A model generated the notes under the pieces. That model was not told the origin of the DNA and searched no databases. It was given only the letters and a program-made list of their open reading frames with translations. A stretch of 64,000 bases of DNA from Botryllus schlosseri (Eukaryota). Both the position numbers and the translations under genes were made by a program. Below are positions 63,201 to 64,000 of the stretch, in pieces (the first letter of the stretch is position 1; the number at the start of each line of letters is the position of its first letter). The stretch covers positions 7,566,001-7,630,000 of the forward strand of contig CM119371.1 in NCBI GenBank assembly GCA_051294905.1, given 5' to 3'.

Positions 63201-64000
63201 TAGTAGCGATCATGCATTATCATTTGAATCTTCTAAAGTAATTGTAATGATAAAACCAAACTACTCAAAGTCATTACCAACACAAAAAACGATTTCTATG
63301 ATATTCGTCAAACGCATCATACCCCAGTATGCAGAAATTATTTGTAGAGTGCATACCAACAAAGAAATCAGGAACACAACCAACACCGAAAATGATAAAT
63401 GCGTTTCGTGCTACTATTGATACAAGTTCATTTCTATCAGGTGAAATAAACGCCATCACAAAACTCAGAGCATGCAAAGGTCTTGATTGATATGAATTTC
63501 GATTTGTGTCTTATGATACCGGCAAGCATTTTAGAAATATTATGATTCGTTAAACCAAAGTCGTATGTCCGATTAATAATTGATTGGAAACTTGATCACG
63601 TACCTCGATCATTACAGAAGATTATAACACCATTGTCGGACAATCTTTTACAAAAGGATCGAAACCAAGTAACCCAAAGTCGTTGCCGTCGCATAAACAA
63701 TTTGTACGACGTTTGATAAATGTACCCGATACTTTGGTGTACTAGAAATATTTGTAAAACACACTCTGGTAAAGAAATCGAAAAGATATCCTACACCTAA
63801 ATCTGATAAAACCATTTTACACTTTTTGTTCGTCAGTAGTATCCATTTGAATTTTTCCATTTCCTCTCGTCAAAGTAGATGTAATCATAGTCGCTAAAGA
63901 ACTCACTTGGATGTGTTTGAATTCTAGACATAGTTATGATTTACTCGACGCAAGACCCAAGAACAACAGTAGTTTACAGCCGTGCACACATATCCAAAAT
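60226..64000. mobile_element. Candidate left end of a Polinton/Maverick-like large element or endogenous DNA virus
   Basis: Begins AGTAGTATAGTAG, followed by about 750 bp of GC-rich repeats (57-58 bp unit starting at 60377, 60435, 60492; many TCTTATGG and GTCGTGATTCGTAC motifs), a second repeat block at about 60990-61550, then packed intronless decayed ORFs on the minus strand. No pPolB, integrase or capsid gene is visible within the window. Confidence 0.45.
63200..63931 (-). pseudogene. Two tandem paralogous ~100-aa frameshifted ORFs of unknown family
   Basis: Copy A (ATG 63931): IQTHPSEFFSDYDYIYF...LGVGYLFDFF...RTNCLCDGNDFGLLGF. Copy B (ATG 63529): IKTFACSEFCDGVYF...FGVGCVPDFF...HRNRFCVGNDFE*FGF. 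Both need frameshift correction. Confidence 0.5.

Overview
Eukaryotic, AT-rich and transposon-dense animal DNA with GT-AG spliced genes and no prokaryotic features. Short introns, abundant hAT MITEs and an intronless BTB-Kelch gene suggest a marine invertebrate such as a tunicate, but that is inference only. Main contents: (1) an intact, very young 4.74-kb Ty3/Gypsy (Mag-like) LTR retrotransposon at 12201-16943 with a single gag-pol ORF; (2) a complete 13-exon SLC5A8/SMCT-like sodium:solute symporter on the minus strand (53923-37673, 594 aa, all splice phases reconstructed by hand); (3) a disabled class I SAM methyltransferase and a frameshifted BTB-BACK-Kelch gene, plus further exon relics, all within the first 28 kb; (4) a 5'-truncated RNase H-encoding I/Nimb-type LINE; (5) many hAT-family non-autonomous elements with 8-bp target-site duplications (TSDs), including a triple nest holding a hairpin/poly-T minisatellite and two related ~620-660 bp foldback palindromes that both sit in nTGTACAn sites; (6) the first exon of a probable secreted protein; and (7) from 60226 to the window end, a candidate left end of a Polinton/Maverick-like endogenous virus: an AGTAGT terminus, a repeat-rich terminal region, then tightly packed, tandemly duplicated, decayed intronless ORFs with no recognisable family. 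Item 7 is the most novel-looking signal, but no hallmark gene lies inside the window, so it is unconfirmed.
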